Made by a program: the position numbers and the translations under genes. A stretch of DNA of 64,000 bases from Octopus sinensis. Lineage: Eukaryota. Below, in pieces: positions 12,104-25,512 of this stretch. The DNA is taken from assembly GCF_006345805.1 (NCBI RefSeq), contig NC_042997.1:170004001-170068000 (forward strand), given 5' to 3'. Position 1 is the stretch's first letter, and every line of letters starts with the position of its first letter. The notes below the pieces were generated by a model. It was not told the DNA's origin. It saw nothing but the letters and a program-made list of their open reading frames with translations, and did not search any database.

Positions 12104-14584
12104 TTTGTGTGTGTATGTCTGTATTTATCCCCCTGCCATCACTTGACAACTAATGCTAGTGCGTTTACATCCCTGTAACTTAGCAATTCAGCAAAAGAGA
12201 CTGATAGAATAAGTACTAGGTTTACAAAGAAAAAGTCCTGGGGTTGATTTCGTTGACTAAAACCCTTTAAGGTGGTGTTCCAGCATGGCTGCAGTCAAAT
12301 GACTGAAACATGATTGCTGGCTTGTTGTGCCCTTGAACAAGACACTTTATTTCACATTGCTCCAGTCCACTCAACTGGCAAAAATGAGTAAAACCGTAAT
12401 TCAAAGAGCCAGCCTTGTCACATCCTACATCACTTTGAATTTATCTAAGAACTACTTTAAGGGTATGTGTGTGTTATAGAGTGCTCAGCTACTTGCACAT
12501 TAATTTCCTGAGTAGGCTGTTCTGTTAATTGGATCAACTGGAATCCTCATCATCATAACAAACAGGAATACATTTTTTTTTTTTTATGTGTTAAATCAAA
12601 CAAGACCAAGGCTCTTCTCAACTGTATTATCTACACTCCTTTACAAACCACTACTACAAGTAAAGTAGATGCATATAGTTGTGGCATCAGCACTAGGGCA
12701 TTGCCTTGTACCCTGCAAAACAAAAAAGGGATCTTCATTGTTCTATATTGATTCCATTCATGGAAAGTGATGTATGTCCCTTTCCTTCTACCAAGATTGA
12801 TAAAATACCAGATAAAATAACCTTGTCCAAAGTTACAAACCAATCAGTAGAATGTTTGACAAAGTACATTGTGATATTTGGTTCTATCTCCTTACATTGT
12901 AACTTCAGGTATTACAAAGGTTGACTTTACCTTTTTGTGGTCAATGAAATAAGTACCAGTCAGTTACGTAGATTGATTGAATCAAGCATACCTTCTTCCT
13001 AAATTAGTGTTCTTGTGCCTATGCAAGAAAAAAAAATCACATATAGAACACATTATAGTTTCATACATTTATATTTACTTCTAAATTAATAGGCTAAGAT
13101 TTATCTCTTTACTCAGTTTAATTTCTAACCTACATTTCTTCTCCCTTCAAGGAAGGCTCCACTCTGCTTAACCTTGATTTACTCTTTTGCATGTTGTGTG
13201 TATGTGTATGTGTGTGTGTGTTTGTTTATTTTGCTTATATTTGATAAATGGCATGTGTTTACTATCAGGTAATAAGAGTAGCAGAGTAGAAAATACTGCT
13301 TTTCTTCTTACCTAGTGAATTTGATATATTGTTTAAAATAGATCAGCAATATCAGGGTGCTTTCTATTTTTAGGGTCTGAACAGGATGTTTAAATAGCAT
13401 CTCTTATGATTATCTAGTTGATCTTTTTTTTTTTAATTGAACTTGTCATTTTGTTTTAAATTTTTGTTTCCATTTAAAATTATTTGCAAACTACTATGAT
13501 TTTGCATTAAATTCATCAAACATTTAAAGATGGTAATGTCATTCATTTAATTGATGATGATGATGATGGAGGTGGGGGTGATTGAGGATGATGATCATGA
13601 TTTTTTTTGTTGTTGTTGTTGTTGTTGTTGTTGTTGCTGCAAAGCAACAAGTCGGGTAAAGGTGATGAGGTGATGGTCTAGGGCTTAGGGGCAGGAGACC
13701 CCAGACCTTGAAAAAAAAAAATACTTTGGTCATCTTGTTGTAGCCGAGGACTCTTCATTGACGCCCGAAACCACTGGGAGGTGGCCCTTGAAGTCGCTGG
13801 AAATGGAGATCTCCAGGTCCAAATTCTTAATTGACGGCTGCTGTTGTTGTTGTTCAGCCCCAGGCCAGCCTTGTTTAAGCCACTTGTGTTCTATCTATGA
13901 TTGTACAACACCATAAATATCAATCTTTATCCAGTATGACAGAGCAATAGTTACAGGACAAAAGGCACAACAACCTACAACTGCAACATGGGCAACACCC
14001 TGAAACTATTGATTTAGATAACATAACGACTTAGATGGAAGCACTTCCTCTTGAACAGCTCCAAAGCTGAAAATAATTTACCTTTTCAATCTTCTCTGAT
14101 ACAATTTTCAGATTTGATGAGAAAGAAGTAACTGCATACAATAAATATATATATTTTTTTCTATTCTTCTTCCCATTTTCCTCTTTTAACTCTTCCTCTT
14201 TCTCTACCTCCACTTCTGCTTCATCCAGTAATGACCAAAGGATCCTTTTAGTTGTTCAGTGAAGAGCCATTTGTTGTTCGTTAAAGTATGTCTGATGTTA
14301 TTGTTTAGTTCTAGGTTGTTCCTGATGAAATAGGCCTATGATCAAAAACACGTAAGGCCATGATACATACACACATATGCATGCACACACACACACACAC
14401 ACATTTTTTCATTCATTCAGACATAGTGTATCTAGAATTACGCTATTCAATGTGTACTTAATGATGATAGGTTAGAATTTGAGGGAGATGTGGTTGCTAT
14501 TTCTAGAAAGTTGAATAACCACATGGCTGCATTAGTTTTGATTGGGCTGATGGGTTGTTATTATTTTTTATCCACACGCATTTG

Positions 14585-14798
14585 AGAGAGGTCGTTGCCA
14601 GTACCGCCTGACTGACACGTAAAAAGCACCCACTACACTCTCGGAGTGGTTGGCATTAGGAAGGGCATCCAGCTGTAGAAAATCTGCCAAATCAAGATTG
14701 GAGACTGGTGCAACCATCTGGTTCGCCAGCCCTCAGTCAAAATCGTCCAACCCATGCTAGCATGGAAAGCGGATATTAAACGATGATGATGATGATGA
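14585..14798 (+). repeat. (GAT)n-tailed retroposon family (representative copy)
   Basis: gtggttggcattaggaagggcatccagc..aacccatgctagcatggaaa..ttaaacgatgatgat. Copies near 170, 470, 25370, 32375, 35560, 42789, 43402(-) and 45680. Confidence 0.8.
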
Positions 14799-14974
14799 CA
14801 CACACACATACAACTCAGCTTTAATCTAACCAATATGATTATATTCCAGCCATGACTATCCGATATTTTTTCTTCCCTAAACATAATGTATCTCAGACTC
14901 CCTTACCTTATGTGTCCTTTCTTTTCTTCAACACAGTTGAGTGCAAAAGATTTGGATCAGAGGGTGATTTAGAT

Positions 14975-15160
14975 CAGTGCCCCACAACTTGTATGCCATG
15001 GCACACTGGTGTACTACAAGATGATCCTAGGTGTGTTGCAGTGTAACCTGAATATCATATTTTTTCCTGATACTTTTAGTTATATTTTTAGGTCAGGTGT
15101 GCTGTTGAATTTTGAAAAATATAAGTGCACCATAAGTGAAAAACAGGTTGCAGAGCACTG
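14975..15160. mobile_element. hAT (Charlie-like) MITE
   Basis: TIRs CAGTGCCCCACAAC and GTTGCAGAGCACTG; perfect 8-bp TSD ATTTAGAT at 14967-14974 and 15161-15168. Confidence 0.88.
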
Positions 15161-16415
15161 ATTTAGATGCTGTTTCTCTGTTTGAAATCACATGGTTCCA
15201 GGTTTGATTCAACTGCACTGCACCTGAAATCAATCAGTGGAATGTTTGCACTTGAAATTGGGGATACAGAAACTGCAAAAGCCTGTTAGCTGGACTGTTT
15301 TTGCCCCTGAATTGTAGATTTAATTTATCCCTTGGTTTAACACCACCTCATAACTTTTAGTGCCTTTAGCAGTATTATCTTTGATGTACTGCTTCCTAAT
15401 ACAGTAATGCTTAAATCATAGTTTCTTCCTCTCTTTCCTCTACAAAGGCCTTACAGAAAAGTTTTTGGGTGTTGTCCTTCTTTCTGTAGCTAAACCATTG
15501 AAAAAACAGAAAGAAAGGAAGGAAGGCAGAAAGAAAGAAAGAAACACCCTAGTAGAGTGAGAAATACTAGCATTCTGTAAATTTGCCAATTTGTACCATA
15601 AATCATTGCACTCAGTTAAAACTTGATGCCAAAGACATTCCTTTTGTAATAAGATGTTCATTACAAAAGGAAGGTACTTACAAGCCTTGTTTATGTGTAA
15701 CAGATTATGTGACAACTGAGAGATAATGTAACTAGTATAGGATTTTCAAGATTTGGCACTAACTTTTCAGTGGTAAAGCTATTCCACAGGTGACATGTAG
15801 TTGGCTTTACAAGTCTAGGCAGTCTTGCTTAGTTGACAGTGCACCAACAGTTCTTAGTAGCTTCTCTCTCTCTCTCCTCTTAACTTGAGTAAATAACAAT
15901 TTTACATTATTTTTCTTACGGTGTGTGTGTGTGGAAAGAGAGACAGCCAGACATTAAATTAACTTAATTTAGAATTGATTCTCTTTTTAATATGTAGGAA
16001 GCACAATAATTTTGACAATGATTTTAAAAGTCTTGAAAATCTATATTGAAGCTACATAGCCAGTATTTTCTTTCATTTGTCCTATTCAATCGATTTTTGT
16101 TCTTTTTCTTTTTCTGTTTTTTTTTTAGTTCTGTAGTCATGCTTTTAGAACAAACCACTTCCATTTAGAATTAGCGACTGTCCAAATTAAAAATGGATAA
16201 GCTTTAACATTGCATCCAAAAAATTATATTCTGATCATCAAATTCGATATTCGGACATTGCTATGGTGATTATTTTGCAGGTTCATTATGGATATATTTA
16301 GGAAGGAAAAATCAGTAATTCAAATAGCTCTTGATATTGACTTTCGTTGAAACTGATCATCTATTTGCATTTAATATGATAACCATATTTTATAATTCAT
16401 CTTCCCATTTGCAGT

Positions 16416-16582
16416 TAAAGATCAATATCTGTCAAGCGCATTAATTTATAATGAATGTTTCTTGAATTTCTGATTACTTCTAATGCTCTATAATGTTACA
16501 TAATGCTTCACTGTTCCAGATATGCTCTCCTTTCATTTTCTTTTATATCATCTGTTCACAAAGAAATCAATGTTTCATTTGC
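16416..16582 (+). repeat. Unclassified dispersed repeat, second copy at about 27416-27585
   Basis: Shared blocks gcattaatttataatgaa, tttctgatt.cttctaatg and tcacaaagaaatcaatgtt. Confidence 0.7.
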
Positions 16583-16739
16583 TTCAGATTTGCCTGTTCC
16601 AAGATTGCAAGATTGCTTTTCAACAAATGATTACTCAGTAGTCAGTTAAAAGATAACCAGTTTTTTTTTGTCTTGTTTTGTTTTGTTATCAAAAGAAATA
16701 TAGACATGTTCATAAGAATTTTTTTTTTATTATTTCCAG

Positions 16740-16851
16740 CTACTATGAATTGGATGACACAGATTACAGCTCTATTAATAGATATTTGTCTGAATTAGTG
16801 GAGAAATGTGTTTACGATTTGAGCCAGTCATACTGCATTGGAATTGATGAG
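16740..16851 (+). CDS. ASCC3: ASCC3 exon A, first visible exon (YYELDDTDYSSINRYLSELVEKCVYDLSQSYCIGIDE)
   Basis: Acceptor tatttccag, donor gtaaat; 1+111 nt. Resembles human ASCC3 'SYYNLGDVSHDSVNKFLSHLIEKSLIELELSYCIEIGE' (recalled from memory, not searched). Confidence 0.93.
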
Positions 16852-17104
16852 GTAAATCCTTTTGAAATGTGGAATTTCAATCTGTTTTATAATTAATACT
16901 AAATAAATACAACTTTTGTAAGTTTTTTTACTAATCTTTATTTCTGAAGCTTTACATACAATATAGACCATTGTTTGCATTGTCTGAAAAGATAATAATA
17001 CAAACCGACCAGATTAAAAATATTCTTCATTAGTGTTTCACAAGATGTCAGTATTTTATGTATTGCCTGTGTTTGACAAATATTACATTGTTTGTTTTGC
17101 TTTT

Positions 17105-18450
17105 TACTTGCTAGGACTGGAGGGGGAGGTAGTGCCTTGACTTCTGTAGATCCTCTAAGACCAGTGAAACTGATGTTGTTAATATTCTGTTTAAATTTTT
17201 GCAAGTCGCTATCTGCAAGAAAAACATGTGCAGGAAGGAGATTCCAGGGGGCCAGTGTTTTTAGAAGGAATAACTGGGCATAATAGTTTATGCAGGTCTT
17301 GGGTAATGGGAGATGGTGAAACATGTTTGTTGGGAGTATCTGAATGAAGGAAGTACAAGGCCAGCCAACTCCAAAGAACAGAGGCCATTATAGTAGAGTA
17401 GAAAAGACAGAAAGAGGAGATAGCATGCATGTGGGCCAGAGACTGGAGCATGTCTGTAAGTGACTTAATATCAGTAGGTCAAGTAGTCTTTATCTGGATA
17501 TAGTCCAAGATGTCTGGGTGCATAGCAGTATACTATCCTAGATGTAGGAGCAATAGTCCGTTGCAGGTTTTGCTTTTGTCAGTGATTATTAGGGTCTAAA
17601 ATATTTTCTAGCCTTCAGGTTTGGGATATAGTCCTAACTATGTTAAGCCTTTTACTATGGAAATCAGATATATCCACTCAAAATTTCATTACCCTTAACT
17701 GCATAAAGCAGTTTTATATACCAGTCTGTCTTTTTGTTGAGATACATTGTGTTTGAAGCTATTTTCTGTTGAGACCTACCAAGTTTACTGAGGTAACGTG
17801 ACTTGCAAAAAAGCCAATTCTTTTTTTTTTTTCTTTTTTGATAGATATGTAACATTACTGGAATAATTATGAAATTTAATTTAACAATCAAAGTGTTAAG
17901 AATATGCTTTTGCTGAAGGAGACATATGTGATAGTGAGACCAAAGATTTAGAGCAAACATGAGAGCTATGTGCCACTCATGTTTAAGATAGGGATGTAAG
18001 TGTGTTTTCTTGATATAGATAGTACTTGAGTGGTATTTGGTTGAGAGGTCCTGCTTCTAGGAAATAAAGGTATACAAAATATACTTTTTGAAATATTGAT
18101 TGAAATGTTAATGTTGATGTAATGTGTGTAGCGGCACAAGCAGTCAGCGCCATATTGGATGAGATCTCGCAGCAGCCATTGCCATCTCCGAGATTGGAGC
18201 GAGACCTCACCTGCATCCATTTGCCATGCATAAGATCACAACGAGGCTCGTGATGGAAAACTATATAAGGGAAAACCCGATTTAGACCTCTTTCTTTTGG
18301 CGCTACTTCACAGCAGTGCTAGCTGAACACCACCACTGACTGGGCCTTTCTGCATATGTACCTCCAGAGGCAATTTGTGCCTGCACTAACGGAGCTACTA
18401 CACAACGCACACAGCTTCTGATGGTTGCTGAGAGCTGCACACTTCACCTA
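17105..18450 (-). mobile_element. CR1/L2-type LINE remnants
   Basis: C-terminal motif TLAPWNLLPAHVF..DLQKFKQNI at 17180-17270. The assignment of the GC-richer block at 18120-18450 is uncertain. Confidence 0.55.
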
Positions 18451-20341
18451 TCCTGTAAAACTTGTAAATAAAACCAGTTGTAAATAGCATTTGTACTTGA
18501 AGTCTTCTCTCTTCGCCTGCCAGAAGCCTGAACTACACAAAGAACAAAAGATGATGGAAGAAGACGATATTCTGATATCATAAACCTTGCCTTCCATTAT
18601 ATGTGTTATAATGGGTTTTCTTTGTAATATTTGCACTTTATCATAACTCCTCTCTTAGAATAGAAACTTTCCACTCCAACTTCTCCAACCAAAGAATCCT
18701 CACTGTTGCATATTCTTTGAATTCCCAATATACTATTATTTCTCTTTGAAACTCAGTATTCTCAACAACAAAAACTGCTAAAATGTATTTTTACCCTGAT
18801 CAATTACTAACACTTTTACAAGGCTTACATATGTCTCCTATATATAACTGTGCACCCTCTAATCATTTGAATTTTACGAGGAAGGGAAGTTATATATTTA
18901 AAAATAATCTTTGTTAGCCTACCAATAATCAGTTTTATATTTACCTCTTTCCCTTCAAATTTTCTATACTTTTCCCATTTCTATTTAATATTACATGCTA
19001 TGATAACTTTTTTTTTCAAATTGATTCTTTCACTGATTCTCTTCCATGCAACATATTAAATCCTTCTTTTTTTTAAAAAAAAATGTTGTTGTTGAGAAGG
19101 GAATCAGAATATGCTCTAATTGCCTTAGTATAGTTCCTACAATCATATATTACATGGCAAAGTTCAAACCTAACTGAAACATGCTTTATCCATTGTCTAT
19201 CTCTGTTGAATATTTACTTAGTTACTTCTATGCCAGACATCTGCTGGAGCAGATATTCTGCTGTTAATTAACAAGAACAACTTAATCTATGTCTAGCTGT
19301 TTTCTACATGTAAGGTTTACATCATATAATGATTTTAACATTCCTTTTATAAGAAGGGTTTGGCTTTATTGGAATTATCCTTAGGACAGCCAATACAAAA
19401 TGCAAACTCTTTTCCCTTCAACATCTGTTTTTACATGCTTACATGGATGGAATTGTTTTTCTTTAAAGAGTCTTTCTCCTTCCTTCTGCTAAGCCATACA
19501 TACACACACATATGTTATGTTTGTATGTCCATGCTTGCATAAGTTGATCAAATTTATGTGAGCACATCTGTCCCCATGGCGGTTGTAGAAATATGTAAAA
19601 GCAATATATATACCAGAACATATGTAACTAAAATAATGTTCAAGCTGAATACATTTCTTCATGTACAGAAGAAGCAAATTATGATTAAGAGAAACATTGT
19701 TTTAAAATCTTTGATAATATGTAAAATTGGTTGTTAGATACAATAAAACTGTATGAGTAGAGTTGTATAAACTCTCACTGGAATTAATCAACAAACCATA
19801 TTTTGATTCCCAGCTGTAAGTCATTCTACTTTTATATTGCTTATATTCTTGAGGAGCAGAGAAACCTTAGAAAATCTCATTTCAATTCTCCTTCAAATAC
19901 AGGAACTTTTGCTTAAGTATGAAATAAATATCCCATCCTTACATAAGCATGAAATCTCAGAATTTTAGGCATTGTGAAATTATGAAGTTGATGATTTTTT
20001 TCAAAGGCATTAGAAATTCAATTTCTGCTTGGTACCCACATTTGCTGATTTTGATATCACTAACTGGCACTTACGTACCTTTAGGAAAGTCTATATTGTT
20101 GAACATAATCAAGCCAGGTCTTTGGTCTGAGGATAACTTCCTCCCACCAGTCTCATGGGCTCTAAAAAGGATCATGGGTGTTGACTTTGTTCTCTAATTA
20201 AATTATTTTTAAAAAGTGGAAAAAAAGAACATCTGGTCACAGATTCAGCTTGCTTGAGAAACTTAACCTCAAAAGCTTAACCCTCTTGTTACTCTGTATC
20301 TAATTAAACAATAAGTTGCTTAAACAAAATGCTAGGCTGCT

Positions 20342-20366
20342 AGGTGTTTCCATTATTTTGTCCAAC

Positions 20367-20370
<4 letters not shown>
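20342..20370 (-). mobile_element. Orphan TIR of the same Tc1 family
   Basis: AGGTGTTTCCATTATTTTGTCCAACCCCT followed by (TA)n; reverse complement of the TIR at 3280. Confidence 0.8.
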
Positions 20371-20400
<30 letters not shown>

Positions 20401-20615
20401 GAAATGAAGAAAATGCTGACAAAATAATTTAAGTAAGGGAGAGTGTATTTAATTAGGTGAAAGTTCTTTTTACCAGTTGCGCATTTGTTATGCTTATCAA
20501 AAGATATTTTTTAAGAGAGATAGAGTTCCTTTCTGATAGATTTTTTTCTCTTATTTGATAGATTTTTTTCTCTTATATATATATATATGGAAAGCAGACG
20601 TTAAACGATTAAACG

Positions 20616-20649
<34 letters not shown>

Positions 20650-21350
20650 GATTATAGTTTACAAATGAAAACTTTAAAATTAGAATTTTGTTTATCGTAG
20701 GACCAAAAGCAGTCTCAAATGGGTTGATAGTAGAAGGATCAAGGGAAAGGGTATTAAGAGTTTGGCTATGTAATTAAAAAGTTAACTTCTCAACAATATA
20801 AACTTGGGTTCAATTCCACTGCACAGTACCTTGAGCAAATGTCTTCTTCTGTAGCCTTGCGTAGGTCAGAGTCTTGTAAGTGAATTTGGTAGGAAAAAAC
20901 TGTGTGTGTGCAATGAGTATGTATATACATATGTGTGTGTGAGTGTGGTGTGTATGTATACATGTACTTCTGTAATGAGTGTGTGTGTATGTGTTCATGT
21001 CCCCTTGTCTTGATATGATATCCTAGAGTATCACTGTCATACAGATGGTGTTGTTCGTTAATAATCTTCCATGAAGTCATGTCTGCCTATTGTGCTGTTT
21101 ATACCTGAAGAACTGGAGGAAATATTATCTTAATATTGACAACAGCCAGAGTATCCAACCATAGAAAATCTCAATGCATTTCATCTCACCCATACAAGTA
21201 TGAAAAAGCAAACATTAAAACTGTTGTTGTTGTCGGTGGCAGCAGCTGCTGCTGGTCACAGTAATGATGATGGTTTTTAATGTAAATGTTATCAAATTTA
21301 AGAACCAGTTCGTACACATGCAACATGCAGTGAACCTTTTACTCTGAGCG

Positions 21351-21475
21351 AGAGGCCCTTTATTACCAGCAGAGGTAAGAGCTCTATGAACTTTGCCCAG
21401 GCTATTCTTATTCTAGCAGAATAGCCTGGGCAAAGTTCAGAGAGCTCTTTCCTCTGCTGGTGACAAAGGGCCTCT
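21351..21475. repeat. Long inverted repeat: 58-bp arms, 9-nt loop
   Basis: 54 of 58 positions complementary by manual comparison. Confidence 0.95.
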
Positions 21476-21480
21476 TCACT

Positions 21481-21582
21481 ATAAATAAATCAAAAAACAT
21501 AAAAGTAAGCAAGCTTTTGACAGTTTTGTAGATATTTCAAAATTATGATGCTAGGTGTTTCCATTATTTTGTCCAACCCCTA
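21481..21582 (-). mobile_element. Orphan 5' end with TIR of the same Tc1 family
   Basis: Matches 4772-4856 (gacagtttt..gatatttcaaaattatgatgct..aggtgt) and continues through the full TIR to TA. Confidence 0.85.
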
Positions 21583-21849
21583 TATATGTGTGTGTGTGTG
21601 TATACATATATTTATATATACAGAGACCTCATTATACTTTCTTATCTGTGTGGACACTACTCATTAATATAATGCCCACATATGTTAAATCATTACAAAC
21701 TGCACAAGGCATTTCTACTAAATACTACATTAATTATTTAAATGCATCAAATGATGTCAGTTTGTTTCTATAAATCTTTCAAAGACGATGCTGTCTGTTT
21801 ACTTCTGAAATGAATTCTCTGAGTGTGTGTGTGTGCGTGTGCGCGTGCA

Positions 21850-21881
<32 letters not shown>

Positions 21882-22193
21882 CGTGTGTGCGTGCATGTGT
21901 GTGTGTGTGTGACAGGTTTCCACACAGTTTCCATTTACGAAATTCATTCACAAGGCATTGGTCAATCTAGGGTTATAGTAGAAGACACTTGCCCCCTGTG
22001 CCATGCAATGGGACTGAACCCCCGAAGTATGTTGTGGCAAAGCAAACTTCTATACCTCAAGGCCATGCCTGCATGCAACCTAGCACTGAAACTGAAGAAA
22101 TTTTAAAAGATGTTTTTCTTATTCTTTCAGCATATTTTTTGTACAGTTTTTATTCTGTCACATTCCTAATTTCTGTTGTTATTGCCATGACAG

Positions 22194-22328
22194 GACAATT
22201 CCAGAATCCAGCCAACTACCCTTGGTAGAATAGCATCTTATTACTACTTGAGCCATAAAACTCTCAAGATGTTCCATGAAGAACTGAGTGAAGTTTGTGG
22301 AATACCCGAACTTATCAAAATCTTGTCT
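22194..22328 (+). CDS. ASCC3: ASCC3 exon B (DNSRIQPTTLGRIASYYYLSHKTLKMFHEELSEVCGIPELIKILS)
   Basis: Acceptor cag, donor gtaagt; 135 nt, phase 0/0. GRIASYYYL is the typical ASCC3/Brr2 motif at the start of the Sec63 unit. Confidence 0.95.
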
Positions 22329-22448
22329 GTAAGTTTGTTTTCTTATTTTTCATTATTATTTGTTGGTTTATTTATGTGCATTAAATAGAAAACTACAGGT
22401 GTGAATTGGTAGACAGTTACATACAGTAGTGCCAATCATTTAAAATGG

Positions 22449-22745
22449 ATGGAACACTTGTGGAAGAGGGAGACCCAGGAAGACATGGGATGAAGTATTG
22501 AAAGCCAACCTCAAGACACTGATCTTTATGAAGGAGATAACTAAGGATTGAGATATCTGGTGCATTACTGTACTCAAGGAAACCTGTCCACCACACTAGA
22601 AATGATACTGGTGCTGGTGTTGGTGTCTAGCAATAGAAACTATGCCAGAACAGACAATGAAGCTTGGTGCAGCCTTTGGCTTTATCAACTGTGGTCAAAC
22701 CAACGAACCCATGCTAACATGGAAAATGGATGTGAAATGATGGTG
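22449..22745 (+). mobile_element. RTE-type LINE 3' end joined to a GAT-tailed repeat
   Basis: GRPRKTWDEV motif followed by the ..aacccatgctaacatggaaaatgga..atgatg tail. Confidence 0.6.
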
Positions 22746-22875
22746 TCAGAATGTAGGAATGCTTTATGGTGTTTGATCTGGTTCTCTGCTCATTGAGTCC
22801 AAACCCTGCTGAGATTAACTTGATCTATGATTTTTATGAGTTGATAAATAGAGTGCTACTCCAAGTTCAAAGGTC

Positions 22876-22880
<5 letters not shown>

Positions 22881-22953
<73 letters not shown>
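22881..22953. repeat. (CT)n microsatellite
   Basis: Pure dinucleotide run; one of many TA, CA, CT and TAA tracts in the window. Confidence 0.95.
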
Positions 22954-22956
<3 letters not shown>

Positions 22957-23088
22957 ATACGTTTCGTCTCATTCGATACCCTGACCCCAATGTTTGTTTT
23001 GTCTGTCCTCGTATTGTCCCCTCTTTTTCTCAACCTTATGGTGAATAAAGAAATTCTCTCTCTCTCTGTCTCTCTCTCTCTGTCTCTC

Positions 23089-23121
<33 letters not shown>

Positions 23122-25512
23122 CTCTTCTATTGCACAGTGATTATGATCATGCTGGATCTCTCAAAATGAAGAAAGGTTGAGGGAGGAGCTAGGCAACCTC
23201 TTTTTATAGAAATACTGATATGCTACTGAAAGTTTTCAATGAGGGCCATATGCGCAGTACAGTGCAGAATGTAAATTAAGGAGAAAATTTCAAAAGAAAT
23301 ACATTACTACTATTTCATTGATTTGGGGTGGACAGATTGAGCTATCAATAAGATATTCAGTTTCCTTATTTACTTAATTTATTATTTGAATCATATTGTG
23401 TACTTTGTAAAGGAAATACAAAGAAAAAATATCCTATTCAGTAGAGAACTAAAAAAAACTATGACATTGTAAAACTGAGTATGTCATCTTAGTTAAGACA
23501 CTATTTAGATTGATTATATTATAAACAAGAAATGCAAGCCAGTAAGAGAGGAGAAGTATGGTGGGTTTACTCTATGCGTCCTCATTGATTGATTGAAAGA
23601 TATTGATATGAAAATCTGTTATTGTTATGTATATTGCAGTTTTTATATCATTGAGATTATCAAAATGAAAAAAATAAACAGTTACTCCCATCATTTTGCA
23701 GAGATAAGAATGACATATCATTTATCCTTTATCTTTTACTTGTCTCACTCATTGGACTGCAGCCATGCTGGGGCACTGCCTTGAAGGGTTTTAGTCAAAC
23801 AAATTGACTCCAGTGCTTATATTTTTTGCTTAAAGTCTGGTATTTATTTCATCAGTGTATTTTGCTGCACTGCTAAGTTACAGACATAAACATAGTGTTA
23901 GACATAAACAAACCAACTCCAGTCGCCAAGCAGTGGGATGTATGACAAACACAGGCACAAAGACACACATACACATACATACACACGACAGGCTTACACA
24001 CAATTTCTCTCTTCCAAATTCACCCACAAGGCATTGGTCAATCTGGAGCTAAAGTAGAAAACACTTGCCCAAGGTGCCATTCAATGGAATTGAACCTAAA
24101 ACCACATGGCTGCAAAGTAAGCTTTGTAACCACACAGCTATGCATGGAGATTATCCAAATTATACTTCCAGTAATTCAGGCAAAATTATTTTAATTTTCT
24201 GAACCATGTTGTAAATTGCACTATCACAGTATTTAGTGTAAGCAATTAAACATAAAAATATTTCAAATAGTGACTACATTAATTTGAAAGCAAACATAAA
24301 AAACAAAAACAAACAAACAGAACATGGCTTATAAATTATGGTTAATTTATGCTAAAATGTCTAAGAGGACTAAAATTTCGAATCTTAGTTTGTAAATTAT
24401 TTTTAATTTCAAATTTTCATGATAGAAATTTTTATAAAGTAGAACTGATGCGTGCAAGAGGTAATCAACTAATTAAGTTTTTTGGTGTGGTTTTTTTTTG
24501 TCTTTTATTTATTTATTTATTTATTTAATTTTTGTTCTGGCTTGGCTGATATGAAAATTGTTTTTATTTTTATTTAGCAAAAAAAAAAAAAAAATTGTAA
24601 CAGTTGTAGATCTTGATTAAAAATTTTTTCTGTCTGTGGACAACATTTCATCAACACTATATAGCAACAAAGTTTTATAGACCATAAAGATTAATGTTAG
24701 CACTGAAACATTTCACAGATTTTTTTTTTTTCAGAACAAATATTAACAGACAGAATGTTAATATCTTATTTAACAGTTATTGCCAAACAAATGGATAAAT
24801 ATTGTTATTTAATTAGGGTTCAGCACTGATCAGATAGATCTATAATCAAAAGGTATTCCAGCTGTGACTATCCTGGTTTTTACTCTGACGGGGTATATGT
24901 GGGACTACATTATCGAGTATACCCTAACTAATTTTCTAAACAGCAGGGTGTCATACAAAAATGTGTGGTTACAATTGGTTTTAAATTTTGGCACAAGGCC
25001 AGCAATATGTGGTTACTATTGCAAGCTGAATAACCACTTAGAAGTTCCCTTGTTGTTTATATGCAAGTGATATCATGGCTGCATGTAAGATGGCTTGCAT
25101 GCAGCCATCTTTACATGTAGCATCAATTTGTATGTGAATTAAGCACAATCATTTTTGATATCTATTTTTCCATGCTTGCATGGGTCAGATGGAGTAGATT
25201 GAGGCAAATTTTCTTTGTCTATTGCCAACCATTACATGACCAGACATGTTTTCACAGAATGTTGTAAATGAAGGACATTCATTTACAACAATCAAGTAAT
25301 GTCAAAATAATGTTAAACATGCATTTACTTTTGCACACACACACACACAGTCAAGTGTGTGTGTGTGTGTATGTCATGCCAGTGCCACTTTAAAAGCACC
25401 CAGCACACACTGTAAAGTGGCTGGTGTTAGGAAGGGCATCCAGTCATAAAATCGAGGCCAAATCAGACTGGAACCTGGTGCAGCTCTCTGGCTTACCAAC
25501 TCTGGTCAAACC

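Noticed and set aside
1-16739. Further upstream ASCC3 exons (expected ..ITWTYFFRRL..NP)
   Set aside because: No matching coding segment with splice sites was seen; presumably outside the window, although a small exon could be missed by eye.
22766-23033. SLSLSL and RERERE ORFs
   Set aside because: (CT)n microsatellite.
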